Below are positions 1 to 9,639 of a DNA stretch of 64,000 bases, piece after piece. The notes beneath the pieces were generated by a model, which was given only the letters and a program-made list of their open reading frames with translations, had not been told where the DNA came from and did not search any database. The stretch's first letter is position 1; every line of letters begins with the position of its first letter. The translations under genes were made by a program, and so were the position numbers. The stretch is taken from assembly GCA_965207265.1 (NCBI GenBank), contig OZ242279.1, positions 4,174,145 to 4,238,144 of the forward strand. The letters are read 5' to 3'. The stretch is from Vicinamibacterales bacterium (GTDB taxonomy: Bacteria > Acidobacteriota > Vicinamibacteria > Vicinamibacterales > UBA8438).

Positions 1-2
1 CC

Positions 3-1043
3 GGCAACGCCTACACGACCGAGGACGTCACGGTCTTCTTCGAGACGGTGCCGGCGCAGTATCTGCCGCTCGTGCTCTGGCTCGAGGCGGATCGGATGGC
101 CACGCTCCGCATCAGCCAGCGCACGCTCGATTCGGAGCGCGAGGTGGTCAAGGAGGAGCGCCGCTGGCGGTACGAGAACCAGCCGTTCGGTCTGCTGTCC
201 GAGATCCTCTACGACGAGGCGTTCACCACCCATCCCTACAAGCACCAGACGATCGGTTCGATGGAGGACATCGAGGCGGCGTCGATCGAGGACGTGCAGG
301 AATTCTTCGACACCTACTACGTCCCGGAGAACGCCACCCTGACCCTCGTCGGCGACTTCGAGACGGACTACGCGCTGCAGATGGTCGAGCACTACTTCGG
401 CCGGGTGCCGAAGGCGAAGAAGCCGGTGCCGCGCAACCTGCCGCGCGAGCCCCCCGTGACCCAAAGCCGCCGGCTGACGGTGGAGGCCGACAACTGGCCG
501 CTGCCGGCCGTTGTCGTCGCCCATCCCATCACCTACGACGGGCATCCGGACGCCTATCCGCTGCACATCCTGTCGAAGATCCTGTCGGACGGGCAGAGCG
601 CCCGGATTCACCGCGGCCTGGTGTACGAGCAGCAGGTGGCAGTCTCCGCCTTCGGACAGGGCGTGATCATCGAGGATCCGAACCTCTTCTACGCGGTGGC
701 CCTGGTGCAGCCGGGACGCACGCCGGAAGCGGTCGCGGCGGCCTTGATCGCCGAGCTCGACCGCGCCAAGGCCGAGCCGCCGGGCGACGGCGAGCTGCAG
801 CGCGCCAAGAACCAGTTCGCGCGCGACTACGTGATCGGCCGCATCAGCATCGAGCAGAAGGGGATGCACCTCGCCCACGCGCAGGTCATCCACGACGACG
901 TGACGACGGCCGATGCCGAGTTCGACATCTTCATGAACGTGTCGCGCGAGGACGTGCAGCGGGTCGCCCGCACCTATCTGCGCGACGACAACCGGCTGGT
1001 GCTGACCATCCTGCCGCGCGGTTCGCGGCGGGCGGGGGAGTGA
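3..1043 (+). CDS. M16 (pitrilysin/insulinase) family peptidase, C-terminal portion; the 5' end lies outside the window
   Basis: The frame is open from nt 3 (GNAYTTEDVTVFFETV...) and continues into track ORF 48..1043. The 'EREVVKEERRWRYENQPFG' and 'FFDTYYVPENATL' blocks are typical of M16 middle/C domains. Its stop overlaps the start of a second M16 gene. Confidence 0.8.
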   Translation, partial: GNAYTTEDVTVFFETVPAQYLPLVLWLEADRMATLRISQRTLDSEREVVKEERRWRYENQPFGLLSEILYDEAFTTHPYKHQTIGSMEDIEAASIEDVQEFFDTYYVPENATLTLVGDFETDYALQMVEHYFGRVPKAKKPVPRNLPREPPVTQSRRLTVEADNWPLPAVVVAHPITYDGHPDAYPLHILSKILSDGQSARIHRGLVYEQQVAVSAFGQGVIIEDPNLFYAVALVQPGRTPEAVAAALIAELDRAKAEPPGDGELQRAKNQFARDYVIGRISIEQKGMHLAHAQVIHDDVTTADAEFDIFMNVSREDVQRVARTYLRDDNRLVLTILPRGSRRAGE

Positions 1044-2563
1044 CGGTGGTGGGGAGGCATGTCATGAGGAGGCCGCTTGCGGTGCGCGTCGGCGTGCTGG
1101 TGCTGGCGGCGGTCGTGGGCGGTCCGTGGCTCGCCTCTCCGGCGTCCGCCCAGCGAATCGACTGGCCGAGCGAACAGCCGCCGCCGCCGCTCCTGAGACG
1201 CCACGTCGATTTTCCGGACTACGAGATCCGGTCCCTGGACAACGGCCTGCGGGTCGTCTACGTCGGTCATCACGAGCAGCCCGCAGTGAACGTGCGGATG
1301 ATCCTGCGCGCCGGCGCCGCGTCCGATCCGCCCGGCCAGCCCGGCGTCGCCTCGCTCGTCGGTCAGCTCCTCGATCAGGGGACGACGACGCGCACCGCCC
1401 AGGAGATAGCCGGCGGCATCGACAGCATCGGCGGCGCGCTGAGCGTGGGCACGGCCCGCGATCTCGGCTTCGTCGACGTCCTCGTGATGAAGGACAGCTT
1501 CGACTTCGCCCTCGATCTGCTCGCCGACGTGGCGCGGCGCCCGGCCTTCGCGCCGGACGAGATAGAACGGCAGCGCAACCAGGTGCTGTCGAGTCTGCGG
1601 GTCAGCTACGACGATCCGGCGTACGTCGCCAACGTCGTCTTCAACCGGCTGGTCTACGGCTTCCATCCCTACGGCATGCCCCAGGGCGGCACGCCGCGGT
1701 CCGTCCGCACCATAACCCGCAGCGACCTGGTGGCGTTCCACCGCACGCACTATCTGCCCAACAACGCCGTGCTGGCCGTGGTGGGGGACGTCACCGCGGA
1801 GGAAGCGTTCACCGGGGTCGAGCGCGCCCTCGGCGACTGGCGGCGCGGTCCGCTCGCGCCGGCGGCGACCGCCGATAACATCCCGTCGCCGACGCGGCGC
1901 CTCGTCGTGGTCAACCAGCCGGGAGCCGTGCAGACCGTCATTCACGCCGGTCACGCCGCCCTGCCGCGCGCGCACCCCGACTACCTGGCGTTCGACGTGG
2001 CGATCAAGATCCTGGGCGGCGAGGGGGGCAACCGCCTCGGCAGCGTGCTGCGCACCGAGCGGTCGCTGACCTACGCCGCCTCCGCGGACATCGCGGGGCG
2101 GCAGATCGCGGGCGACTTCATGGCCAAGACCGACACCCGGTCGCCCGCCACCGCCGAGGCATTGCGCCTGACCGTGGACGAGATCGCCCGCCTGCGGCGC
2201 GAGCGCGTGCGCGAGCGCGAGCTGCGAAGCGCGCAGGATTACCTGGCCGGCAGCTTCCCGATTACCATCGAGACGCCGAACGCCATCGCCGCCCAGGTGC
2301 TCGAGGCCATCCTCTACGGCCTCGACCTGGATGGGCTCGAGGACTACCCGGAGCGGGTGAACGCCGTCACCGTGCGCGACATCGAGCGCGTGGCCGAGAC
2401 CTGGCTACAGCCCGCCAACCTGTCGATGGTGCTGGTGGGCGACGCCTCGGTCTTCCTGCGCGACCTCCCCGGCGTCGGCTTCGACCGGATCGAGGTGGTT
2501 CCGCTGGCCGATCTCGACCTGGCGGCGGCGGATTTTCGCCGCGCCTCCCGGTTCCGCCGCTGA
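1040..2563 (+). CDS. M16 family peptidase-like protein, probably the non-catalytic partner subunit, exported
   Basis: It has an N-terminal signal-like segment (RRPLAVRVGVLVLAAVVGGPWLASPASAQ). The M16 fold signature is present, but the position of HxxEH reads 'GVASLVGQLLDQGT', so there is no zinc motif. There is a 4-nt overlap with the upstream M16 gene. The true start may be the internal Met at about 1064. Confidence 0.75.
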   Translation: MTVVGRHVMRRPLAVRVGVLVLAAVVGGPWLASPASAQRIDWPSEQPPPPLLRRHVDFPDYEIRSLDNGLRVVYVGHHEQPAVNVRMILRAGAASDPPGQPGVASLVGQLLDQGTTTRTAQEIAGGIDSIGGALSVGTARDLGFVDVLVMKDSFDFALDLLADVARRPAFAPDEIERQRNQVLSSLRVSYDDPAYVANVVFNRLVYGFHPYGMPQGGTPRSVRTITRSDLVAFHRTHYLPNNAVLAVVGDVTAEEAFTGVERALGDWRRGPLAPAATADNIPSPTRRLVVVNQPGAVQTVIHAGHAALPRAHPDYLAFDVAIKILGGEGGNRLGSVLRTERSLTYAASADIAGRQIAGDFMAKTDTRSPATAEALRLTVDEIARLRRERVRERELRSAQDYLAGSFPITIETPNAIAAQVLEAILYGLDLDGLEDYPERVNAVTVRDIERVAETWLQPANLSMVLVGDASVFLRDLPGVGFDRIEVVPLADLDLAAADFRRASRFRR

Positions 2564-2597
2564 AGGTTTCGTGACGTCTGCCCCAGGGTCCGAATAG

Positions 2598-3782
2598 TTG
2601 GCCAGGATCCTGATCTCCTGCGGGGAGCCGTCCGGCGACCTCTATGCCGGTGCGCTGACCGCCGCGCTGCGCGATCTGGATGCAGGCGCCCGTGTCTTCG
2701 GCCTGGGCGGGGACCACCTGCGTGACGGCGGGGCGGAGCTCGTGGCTCACTACCGGGGGCTGGCCGCTACCGGCCTCTCCGAGGCGCTCGCGGTGCTGCC
2801 CCGTTCGTACGCCGTATACCGGGAGCTGGTGTCGCGCGCCCGCGCAGAGCGTCCGGACGTGTTCGTCGCGGTCGACTTTCCGGAGATCAACTTCAGGGTC
2901 GCGGCCGCGGTGCGCCGGCTCGGCATCCCGGTCGTGTACTACATCGGACCGCAGCTCTGGGCGTGGCGGCGGCGGCGCATCCAGACGATGCGGCGCCTCG
3001 TCGATCTTGCGCTGGTCATCTTCCCGTTCGAGGAGGCGCTGTACCGCGAGGCGCGCATTCCGGTGGAGTTCGTCGGCCACCCGTTGCTGGAGCTGTCGAG
3101 CGCGACGGAGGGCAGGGCGGACTTTCTCCGGTCGCTGGAGCTCGACCCGGCGGTGCCCACGATTGCGTTGCTGCCGGGCAGCCGGCCGAACGAGCTGCGG
3201 GCGATTCTGCCGGATGTCGTGCGTGCCGCGGGTCTCGTGCGCAAGAGGATCCCGGCGGCGCAGTTCGTCGTGGCGCGCGCCCCGAACCTGGACGACGCTC
3301 TGTTGGCCCCGGTCGGCCCTCTGGTCGAATCCGGCGCGGCGGTGGTGGTCGAGGGACGCACGGACGACGTCCTGGCCGCCGCCGACGTCGTGGTCACCGC
3401 GTCCGGCACGGCGACGGTCCAGACCGCCATTCACCGGCGGCCGATGGTGATCGTGTACCGGTTGTCGGCCCTGACCTACCGCATCGTCAAGACCTTCTCG
3501 CACGTGCGGCACGCGGGCATGGCCAACCTGATCGCCGGCGAACCGGTCGTGCCGGAGCTGATTCAGGACGCTTTCACCCCGGCCGCGGTGGCGGACGAGG
3601 TCGTCTCGTTTCTCACGGACTCCGCACGGGCCGAGCGGACCCGGACGGCGCTGGGGCAAGTGCGCGCGCGCCTCGGGTCGGCGGGAGCGAGCCGACGGAC
3701 GGCCGAGCGCATCCTGTCGGTTGCGGGGCGCGGTCCCGGATCCGGGTGCTTGCCCGGTGACGGCGCCGAGTCGTTACAATGA
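2598..3782 (+). CDS. lpxB: Lipid-A-disaccharide synthase
   Basis: It has the N-terminal 'ILISCGEPSGDLYAG' motif and a 'LLPGSRxxEL' block. At about 390 aa its length is typical for LpxB. The start codon is TTG. Confidence 0.85.
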   Translation: MARILISCGEPSGDLYAGALTAALRDLDAGARVFGLGGDHLRDGGAELVAHYRGLAATGLSEALAVLPRSYAVYRELVSRARAERPDVFVAVDFPEINFRVAAAVRRLGIPVVYYIGPQLWAWRRRRIQTMRRLVDLALVIFPFEEALYREARIPVEFVGHPLLELSSATEGRADFLRSLELDPAVPTIALLPGSRPNELRAILPDVVRAAGLVRKRIPAAQFVVARAPNLDDALLAPVGPLVESGAAVVVEGRTDDVLAAADVVVTASGTATVQTAIHRRPMVIVYRLSALTYRIVKTFSHVRHAGMANLIAGEPVVPELIQDAFTPAAVADEVVSFLTDSARAERTRTALGQVRARLGSAGASRRTAERILSVAGRGPGSGCLPGDGAESLQ

Positions 3783-3854
3783 TTCGCTGACCGGGATCCC
3801 GACAGGGAGGGGTTCACCTGGTCCGCAGGATACCGACGATTTTGCGGGGGAGGC

Positions 3855-6800
3855 GTGACTGAATTGGCGATGCGTGCAGCAGCGAAAACGAGCCGACCGA
3901 TCCTGCTCGCTCTTCTGCTGGCCGGCTGGGCGGCGTCCGCCGCCGGTCAGGCGAACACCGGCGGTCTCGGCGGCGTGGTGCGCGACGAATCGGGAGCCGT
4001 GCTGCCGGGCGCGACCATCGTGGCGACGCACGTCGACACCGGCTTCTCGGTCGAGCGCGTCACGGATGCGGACGGGCGCTTCTTCATGGCGTCGCTGCCG
4101 ATCGGCGCCTGGGAGATTACGGCCGAGCTGCCCGGGTTCCGGCGCGTCGTCCGGACCGGCGTGTTTCTGGACATCGGCCGCGAGCTCGACCTGCCGTTCG
4201 AGCTTGCGCTCGGGGCGCTGAGCGAAGAGGTGACGGTGACGGCCGACGTACCGCTGCTGCAGACGAACAACGCCGAGATCAGCGACGTCATCGCCGGCCA
4301 CGAGGTCGAGCAGATTCCCCTGAACGGGCGGCAGTTCCTGCAGCTCGCGCAGCTCAGCGACGCGGTCGTGATCCCGCCCGGCGGCACCCGCGGCGCGGCG
4401 CTGCAGCAGGCCGGTCCGCTGCCCAACATCGGCGGCCAGCGCGCCGGCCACAACATCTACCTGCTCGACGGCGTCAAGGTGACCGACGAGCTGTTCAACA
4501 ACCTGGTGATCAACCCGTCGGTCGATTCCATCCAGGAGTTCAAGATCCAGAAGTCGATGTACCCGCCGGAGTTCGGCGGCAAGGCGTCGGCCCTGATCAA
4601 CGTCGCCACCAAGGCGGGCACGAACCAGTACCACGGCAGCGCGTTCACTTTCGTCCGCGACGAGCGATTCGACGCGCACAACTTTTTCGCCCCGCGCGAC
4701 GAGCCGGTGCCGCCGCTCGACCAGGGCCAGTTCGGCGGAACGTTCGGCGGTCCCATCGTCCGGGATCGAACGTTCGCGTTCCTCAGCTACGAAGGGCAGC
4801 GCAGCACGCGCTCGCTGACGAAGACCTTCTCGGTGCCGTCGGCGGCGGTCCGCGGCGGCGACTTCACGGGACTCGACCCGCTCTGCGATCCGCTGACCCG
4901 CGACGCCGCCACCGGAGCGTGCGGGTCCCCGTTCGCGGGCAACCGGATCCCCTCCGGCCGCATCGATCCGATCGCCGCCGCCTTCCTGGAGCAGGTGCCG
5001 CTGCCGAACGCGGGCGGCGAGGTGCAGAACCTGACGTCGGTCGAGCGGTCCGAGTCCGACGTCGATCAGTTCAGCGCCCGCCTGGATCACCGCGTCGGCG
5101 CGAGCGACCAGATGTTCCTGCGGTTCAGCACGTTCGACGCCCACGATCTGCAGCCGTTCGGGACCAGCGTGCAGCAGGAGGCGCTGATCCCGGGCTTCGG
5201 GCGCACGCTCTCGACCCGCACGCGCAACCTTGCCGCAAGCTACACGCGCACGATCGGGACGGCGATGCTCAACGAGACGCGCTTCGGCTGGATGAGCGTC
5301 GACGGCGGCCAGGAGAGCCTGCGCCGCGGCATCGACTTCGCGCAGTCGACCGGGCTGCTCGGGGTCACCCGCGATCCGCGCGACGTCGGCTACCCGCAGA
5401 TCGACACCGCCGGGCTCTACAGCGCGATGGGCGACCCGACCAGCTTCGTGTTCCGGCGCAACGAGCACTTCGAGCTCTACAACAACTTCCTGATCGACCG
5501 CGGCGCCCACCACCTGAAGGTCGGCGGCTACTGGTTCCACCTGCGGTTCCGGCCCGAGAACCCGGATACGGCGCGCGGCCGCTTCCGCTACACCGGCCGT
5601 TTCAGCGGGAATCCGTTCGCCGACTTCCTCCTCGGCTACCCGGTCGAGGCGCGCTCGGGCATCGGCGGCCGCGGCAGCGAGGACGCGCGGACCAACTGGC
5701 TGCACCTGTACGCGCAGGACGACTGGCGGGTCAACGACGATCTCACCGTCAACATCGGGTTGCGCTACGAGATCAACCAGCACATGCGCGATGTCGACAA
5801 CCGCCTGTCGACGATCGACGTGTCGGTGCCCGGGGGGCGCTACGTCATCGCCAGCGACGCGGCCGGCAACATCTCGCCCGCCGCGAACGAGCTGCTGCCG
5901 CTGATCCCGATCCCGTGGGTGACCTCGGCCGAGGCCGGCTGGGACCGCAGCCTGCTGCGGCCCAGCAAGACGCGCTTCGCGCCGCGACTCGGATTCGCCT
6001 GGCTCGCGGACGACGCCGGAAGCACGGTCGTCCGCGGCGGCTACGGCATCTTCCTCAACCAGTGGGCCTACAGCGTCCAGACGGCGTTCGCGCGCAACCT
6101 GCCGTTCTTCTTCCTCAAGCAGGTCGATGTCCCTGCGGGGCAGTTCGTGCCGGCCTGGGACACCCGGTCCATCCTGGCCGCGGACCCGACCGGCAGCATC
6201 GGCGGGTCCATCATGGACTACGACTTCCAGGTCGAGTACACGCAGACGTGGAGCGGCGGCGTGCAGACCGAGATCCGGCCCGGCACCGCGTTCGAGATGT
6301 TCTACATGGGGTCGTACACGATCGGCGCCGACAACTCGACGGTGCACAACGTGCCGGTGCCCGGCCCCGGCTCGATCAGCGGGCGGCGCGCCATACCGCA
6401 GCTCGCCGGGATTCGCGCGATCCGCTTCGACGGCAAGTCGATCTACCACGCGGTGACCTTCAAGACCGTTCGTCGCCTGCGCAACGACTTCGCGTTCGAC
6501 GTCGCCTACACGCTCTCGCAGTCGAAGGACGACGCGTCGAGCCCCGGCGCGACCGCTTTCGAGTCGAACCTGCCGCAGGACGTGCGCAACATCTTTCCCG
6601 GCGAGAACGCGCTGTCGAGCTTCGATCACCGCCACCAGCTCGTCGGCAGCGCCACCTACGAGCTTCCGTTCCAGCGCGACGCCGGCGGCTGGCGGGAAGG
6701 GCTGCTCGGCCACTGGCGCCTCAACGGCATCGTCACCGTGCAGTCCGGCGCGCCGTTCACCGTGAACCTCACCGACGACCGCGCCAACATCGGGGCCGGA

Positions 6801-7151
6801 CCGGCGCAACGTCCGGACATGCTGCGCGACCCGAACGTGCCGCGCGGCGAGCGCACCGTCGAGCGCTGGTTCGACACCGGCGCGTTCGCCCTACAGGCGC
6901 CCTTCTCCTACGGCAGCGCCCCCCGCAACCCCGTCTTCGCCCCCGGCTACGCCAACGTGGACATGGCCCTGGCCAAGAACTGGCCGCTGGACAACGGCAG
7001 CCGGCTGGAGTTCCGCTGGGAGGTCTTCAACGTCCTCAATCGCGCCAACTTCGACCTGCCGAACCGCTTCTTCGGGTCCCCCAACTTCGGCCGCATCTTC
7101 AGCGCGCTGAACGCGCGGGAGATGCAGTTCGGCCTGCGCTTCGTGTTCTGA
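3855..7151 (+). CDS. TonB-dependent outer-membrane receptor with N-terminal carboxypeptidase-regulatory-like domain
   Basis: A signal peptide (PILLALLLAGWAASAAGQ) is followed by a CarboxypepD_reg-like block 'GVVRDESGAVLPGATIVATHVDTGFSVERVTDADGRFFMASLPIGAWEI'. The plug-like 'NGRQFLQLAQL..' block and the C-terminal beta-barrel ending '...MQFGLRFVF' (terminal Phe) are also present. The start could instead be the Met at 3870. Confidence 0.85.
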   Translation: MTELAMRAAAKTSRPILLALLLAGWAASAAGQANTGGLGGVVRDESGAVLPGATIVATHVDTGFSVERVTDADGRFFMASLPIGAWEITAELPGFRRVVRTGVFLDIGRELDLPFELALGALSEEVTVTADVPLLQTNNAEISDVIAGHEVEQIPLNGRQFLQLAQLSDAVVIPPGGTRGAALQQAGPLPNIGGQRAGHNIYLLDGVKVTDELFNNLVINPSVDSIQEFKIQKSMYPPEFGGKASALINVATKAGTNQYHGSAFTFVRDERFDAHNFFAPRDEPVPPLDQGQFGGTFGGPIVRDRTFAFLSYEGQRSTRSLTKTFSVPSAAVRGGDFTGLDPLCDPLTRDAATGACGSPFAGNRIPSGRIDPIAAAFLEQVPLPNAGGEVQNLTSVERSESDVDQFSARLDHRVGASDQMFLRFSTFDAHDLQPFGTSVQQEALIPGFGRTLSTRTRNLAASYTRTIGTAMLNETRFGWMSVDGGQESLRRGIDFAQSTGLLGVTRDPRDVGYPQIDTAGLYSAMGDPTSFVFRRNEHFELYNNFLIDRGAHHLKVGGYWFHLRFRPENPDTARGRFRYTGRFSGNPFADFLLGYPVEARSGIGGRGSEDARTNWLHLYAQDDWRVNDDLTVNIGLRYEINQHMRDVDNRLSTIDVSVPGGRYVIASDAAGNISPAANELLPLIPIPWVTSAEAGWDRSLLRPSKTRFAPRLGFAWLADDAGSTVVRGGYGIFLNQWAYSVQTAFARNLPFFFLKQVDVPAGQFVPAWDTRSILAADPTGSIGGSIMDYDFQVEYTQTWSGGVQTEIRPGTAFEMFYMGSYTIGADNSTVHNVPVPGPGSISGRRAIPQLAGIRAIRFDGKSIYHAVTFKTVRRLRNDFAFDVAYTLSQSKDDASSPGATAFESNLPQDVRNIFPGENALSSFDHRHQLVGSATYELPFQRDAGGWREGLLGHWRLNGIVTVQSGAPFTVNLTDDRANIGAGPAQRPDMLRDPNVPRGERTVERWFDTGAFALQAPFSYGSAPRNPVFAPGYANVDMALAKNWPLDNGSRLEFRWEVFNVLNRANFDLPNRFFGSPNFGRIFSALNAREMQFGLRFVF

Positions 7152-7183
7152 GCTTCGGCCGGCGCGCCGCCAGGGAGTGGAGC

Positions 7184-8272
7184 ATGAACGCCGACGACGT
7201 GAAGACGTTCGCGCGGGAAGCCGGGTTCGACCTGTGCGGCATCGCGCCGGCGAAGGCCTTTCCGGAGCTCCGGTTCCTCGACGACTGGCTCGAGCGCGGC
7301 TACGCAGGCGAGATGCGGTACCTGGCTCGAAACGCGCGGCGGCGATCCGACGTGCGCGAGGTGGTGCCGTCGGCGCTCTCCGTCATCTCGCTGGGCACGC
7401 TCTACAACACCGACCGCCCCTACTCGACCGAGGTGAACGATCCGGACGCCGCGCTCATCTCGCGCTACGCCTGGGGCGAGGACTACCACGACGTCGTCGG
7501 CCGGCGTACCGAGGCCCTGCTCGAGCGGATGCGAGCGGCGACCGGCGAGCCTTTCGCGGCTCGCTGCTACGTCGATACCGGGCCGGTACAGGAACGCGTG
7601 TACGCGCAGCACGCCGGACTCGGCTGGATCGGCAAGAACACCTGCCTCATCAACCCGGAGCAGGGGTCGTGGTTCTTCCTGGCGGAGATCATCACGAGCC
7701 TGCCCCTCGAGCCCGACGCGCCGCAACTCGACCAGTGCGGCACGTGCACGCTGTGTCTCGAGGCGTGTCCGACCGGTGCGTTTCCCGAGCCGCGCGTGCT
7801 CGACGCCACGCGCTGCCTGTCGTATCTGACCATCGAGATCCGCGGGGCGATTCCGGAAGGTCGGCGGCCCGACGTCGGTACGCGCGTCTACGGTTGCGAC
7901 ATCTGCCAGGAAGTCTGTCCCTACAACGCGGCGCCGCTGCGATCGGACGACCCGGCGTGGCAACCGGCGCCGGAGCTGGACCAGCCCCGGTTGTCGGCGC
8001 TCTGGAGGCAGTCCGACGAGAGCCTGGAGTCGTTGCTCGGGCGCAGCGCCATGTCGCGGGCCAGGCTGAAGGGACTTCGACGCAACGTGGCCGTCGCGCT
8101 CGGCAACAGCTCCACGGTGGCGTCGGCTGCGGCGCTCGCCGAGCCTGTTTCCGCCGCGACGCCGTCGCGAGGAGACCCCATCGTGACGGAGCACGTCGGC
8201 TGGGCGCGCCGGCGCCTCGCCCCGCAGTCGTCGGCCCGGGCGGCGGAAACCGGCGACGACGAGTCCGGCTGA
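7184..8272 (+). CDS. queG: Epoxyqueuosine reductase
   Basis: This is the in-frame tail of track ORF 4919..8272, starting at ATG 7184 (MNADDVKTFAREAGFDLCGIAP...). It has two ferredoxin-type Cys clusters, 'CGTCTLCLEACPTGA' and 'CDICQEVCPYN', plus 'CLSYLTIE'. Confidence 0.85.
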   Translation: MNADDVKTFAREAGFDLCGIAPAKAFPELRFLDDWLERGYAGEMRYLARNARRRSDVREVVPSALSVISLGTLYNTDRPYSTEVNDPDAALISRYAWGEDYHDVVGRRTEALLERMRAATGEPFAARCYVDTGPVQERVYAQHAGLGWIGKNTCLINPEQGSWFFLAEIITSLPLEPDAPQLDQCGTCTLCLEACPTGAFPEPRVLDATRCLSYLTIEIRGAIPEGRRPDVGTRVYGCDICQEVCPYNAAPLRSDDPAWQPAPELDQPRLSALWRQSDESLESLLGRSAMSRARLKGLRRNVAVALGNSSTVASAAALAEPVSAATPSRGDPIVTEHVGWARRRLAPQSSARAAETGDDESG

Positions 8273-8333
8273 ATCCGCTGCCACGCCGCCGGTCGTGAGA
8301 GAATAGACACCGCACTCGACTCCGGCGCTCGCG

Positions 8334-8906
8334 ATGAACCAACCCGAGAAGTCCTTTCCCTCGCTCGCCCCGTCCCTGCTGGTCTCGATGCCGCAGCTCG
8401 ACGATCCGAACTTCCAGCGGAGCGTCATCCTGCTCTGCGAGCACGGTGAGGGCGGCGCGTTCGGCCTCGTCCTCAACCAGCGCACGACGACCCCGGCGTC
8501 CGAGGTCGTCCGGCTGACTCCCCCGGTGTCTTCCGGCAGCAACCTGGAGCTCTGGATCGGCGGACCGGTGGAGCCCGAACGCGGTTGGATCCTGATGGGC
8601 GCCGAGCCCGGCGAGGTCGAGTCGGTCCGCGTATGCGACGGGATCTTCCTCTCCACGTCGCCGCGACTCCTGCGGCGGCTTCTGGAATCGCCGCCGCCGC
8701 CGCGCACGCGTCTGCTCACCGGCTACGCGGGGTGGGCGGCCGGACAGCTCGACGCGGAGCTCGCCGCGTCGAGCTGGCTGCACGCCGACGTCGACCTGGA
8801 CATCGTCTTCGACACGCGCCCCGACGACATGTGGGAAGCGGTGATCCGTCGCATGGGGGCCGATCCGTCGTGCCTGCAGCAGGGCGGCACCGGCGCCGTG
8901 CACTGA
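8334..8906 (+). CDS. yqgE: YqgE/AlgH family (UPF0301) protein
   Basis: 'LLVSMPQLDDPNFQRSVILLCEHGEGGAFGLVLNQ' is the hallmark N-terminal block of this family, and the 190-aa size fits. Confidence 0.8.
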   Translation: MNQPEKSFPSLAPSLLVSMPQLDDPNFQRSVILLCEHGEGGAFGLVLNQRTTTPASEVVRLTPPVSSGSNLELWIGGPVEPERGWILMGAEPGEVESVRVCDGIFLSTSPRLLRRLLESPPPPRTRLLTGYAGWAAGQLDAELAASSWLHADVDLDIVFDTRPDDMWEAVIRRMGADPSCLQQGGTGAVH

Positions 8907-8984
8907 CGAGAGTCGCCACCGGCAGCCCGCGGTGGAACCCCGCGTCGCACCGAGAGTGGGTCTCAGAGCCTCTCAGCACTCGTC

Positions 8985-9036
8985 GATGTAGAAAAACATA
9001 TCTCTATGGTGAGCAGATACGTTATTCTGTCTCATA
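8985..9036 (+). promoter_or_regulatory. AT-rich putative promoter/operator region of the hipBA module
   Basis: This is the only strongly AT-rich stretch in the first 59 kb (gatgtagaaaaacatatctctatggtgagcagatacgttattctgtctcataatg). It lies immediately upstream of the hipB-like ATG and contains TATAAT-like hexamers (tatggt, cataat). No clean operator palindrome was seen. Confidence 0.35.
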
Positions 9037-9639
9037 ATGGGTGCGTCAATTGAACACCTCGCCGGTTCGTTGCGCAACGCCCGTCACGCCAAGGGGCTCA
9101 GTCAGCGCGAGTTGAGCGTCGATTCCGCCGTACCGCAAGGGCACATCTCCAAGATTGAGAACGGTGCCGTCGATCTCCGGGTGTCGAGTCTGGTCGCGCT
9201 CGCCCGCGCGCTGGATCTGGAGTTGATGCTCGTGCCTCGCGGCTCCGTTGCCGCGGTGCGCTCGGTCGCCGCCGGTCCCGAGACTGCTGCTGCGCACGGA
9301 ACGGCCGCTCGCCGGGCTCGGCGTGAGTTGGCCCGTCTGCAGGACGCGGTGGATCATCTGCCGGGCAGCCTGTCGTCTGGAACCGAATTAACGGAGCTTC
9401 GGCGCCTGGTACGCGACTTGCGCCGCTTTAGACCTGCCGTCCTCGACCTCCCGACCATTCTGCGAGCTTCGCATGCGGTCAGGGGCTTGGCGAGCGACCC
9501 GCGCTCTCGCGACGGCGTGCGGCGGTCATCTCTGCAACTTCGCAGACTGCGCGATGCACTCGCGCATGGCCCAACCGCGGGTGACAGCGTCTCGTCCGTG
9601 CGCCCAGCCTACACGCTCGACGACGACGACGATGAGTGA
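9037..9639 (+). CDS. XRE-family HTH antitoxin (HipB-like) with long C-terminal extension
   Basis: The N-terminal 70 aa form a Cro/C1-type HTH ('GLSQRELSVDSAVPQGHISKIENGAVDLRVSSLVALARALDLEL'). Its stop overlaps the ATG of hipA (ATGAGTGA, 8-nt overlap). A further 130 aa of Arg/Leu-rich tail ends in 'LDDDDDE'. Confidence 0.75.
   Translation: MGASIEHLAGSLRNARHAKGLSQRELSVDSAVPQGHISKIENGAVDLRVSSLVALARALDLELMLVPRGSVAAVRSVAAGPETAAAHGTAARRARRELARLQDAVDHLPGSLSSGTELTELRRLVRDLRRFRPAVLDLPTILRASHAVRGLASDPRSRDGVRRSSLQLRRLRDALAHGPTAGDSVSSVRPAYTLDDDDDE

Noticed and set aside
3774-6809. Very long ORFs antisense to, or out of frame with, recognisable genes. Examples are 3774..6809(-), the first 2.2 kb of 4919..8272(+), 22318..25317(+), 38740..41265(-), 45704..49195(-), 53359..55704(-), 55601..58009(-) and 17264..18928(+).
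   Set aside because: Their translations are Arg/Ala/Gly/Pro-rich low-complexity strings with no recognisable motifs. They overlap genes with clear family signatures. Long stop-free alternative frames are expected in DNA of about 70% GC.
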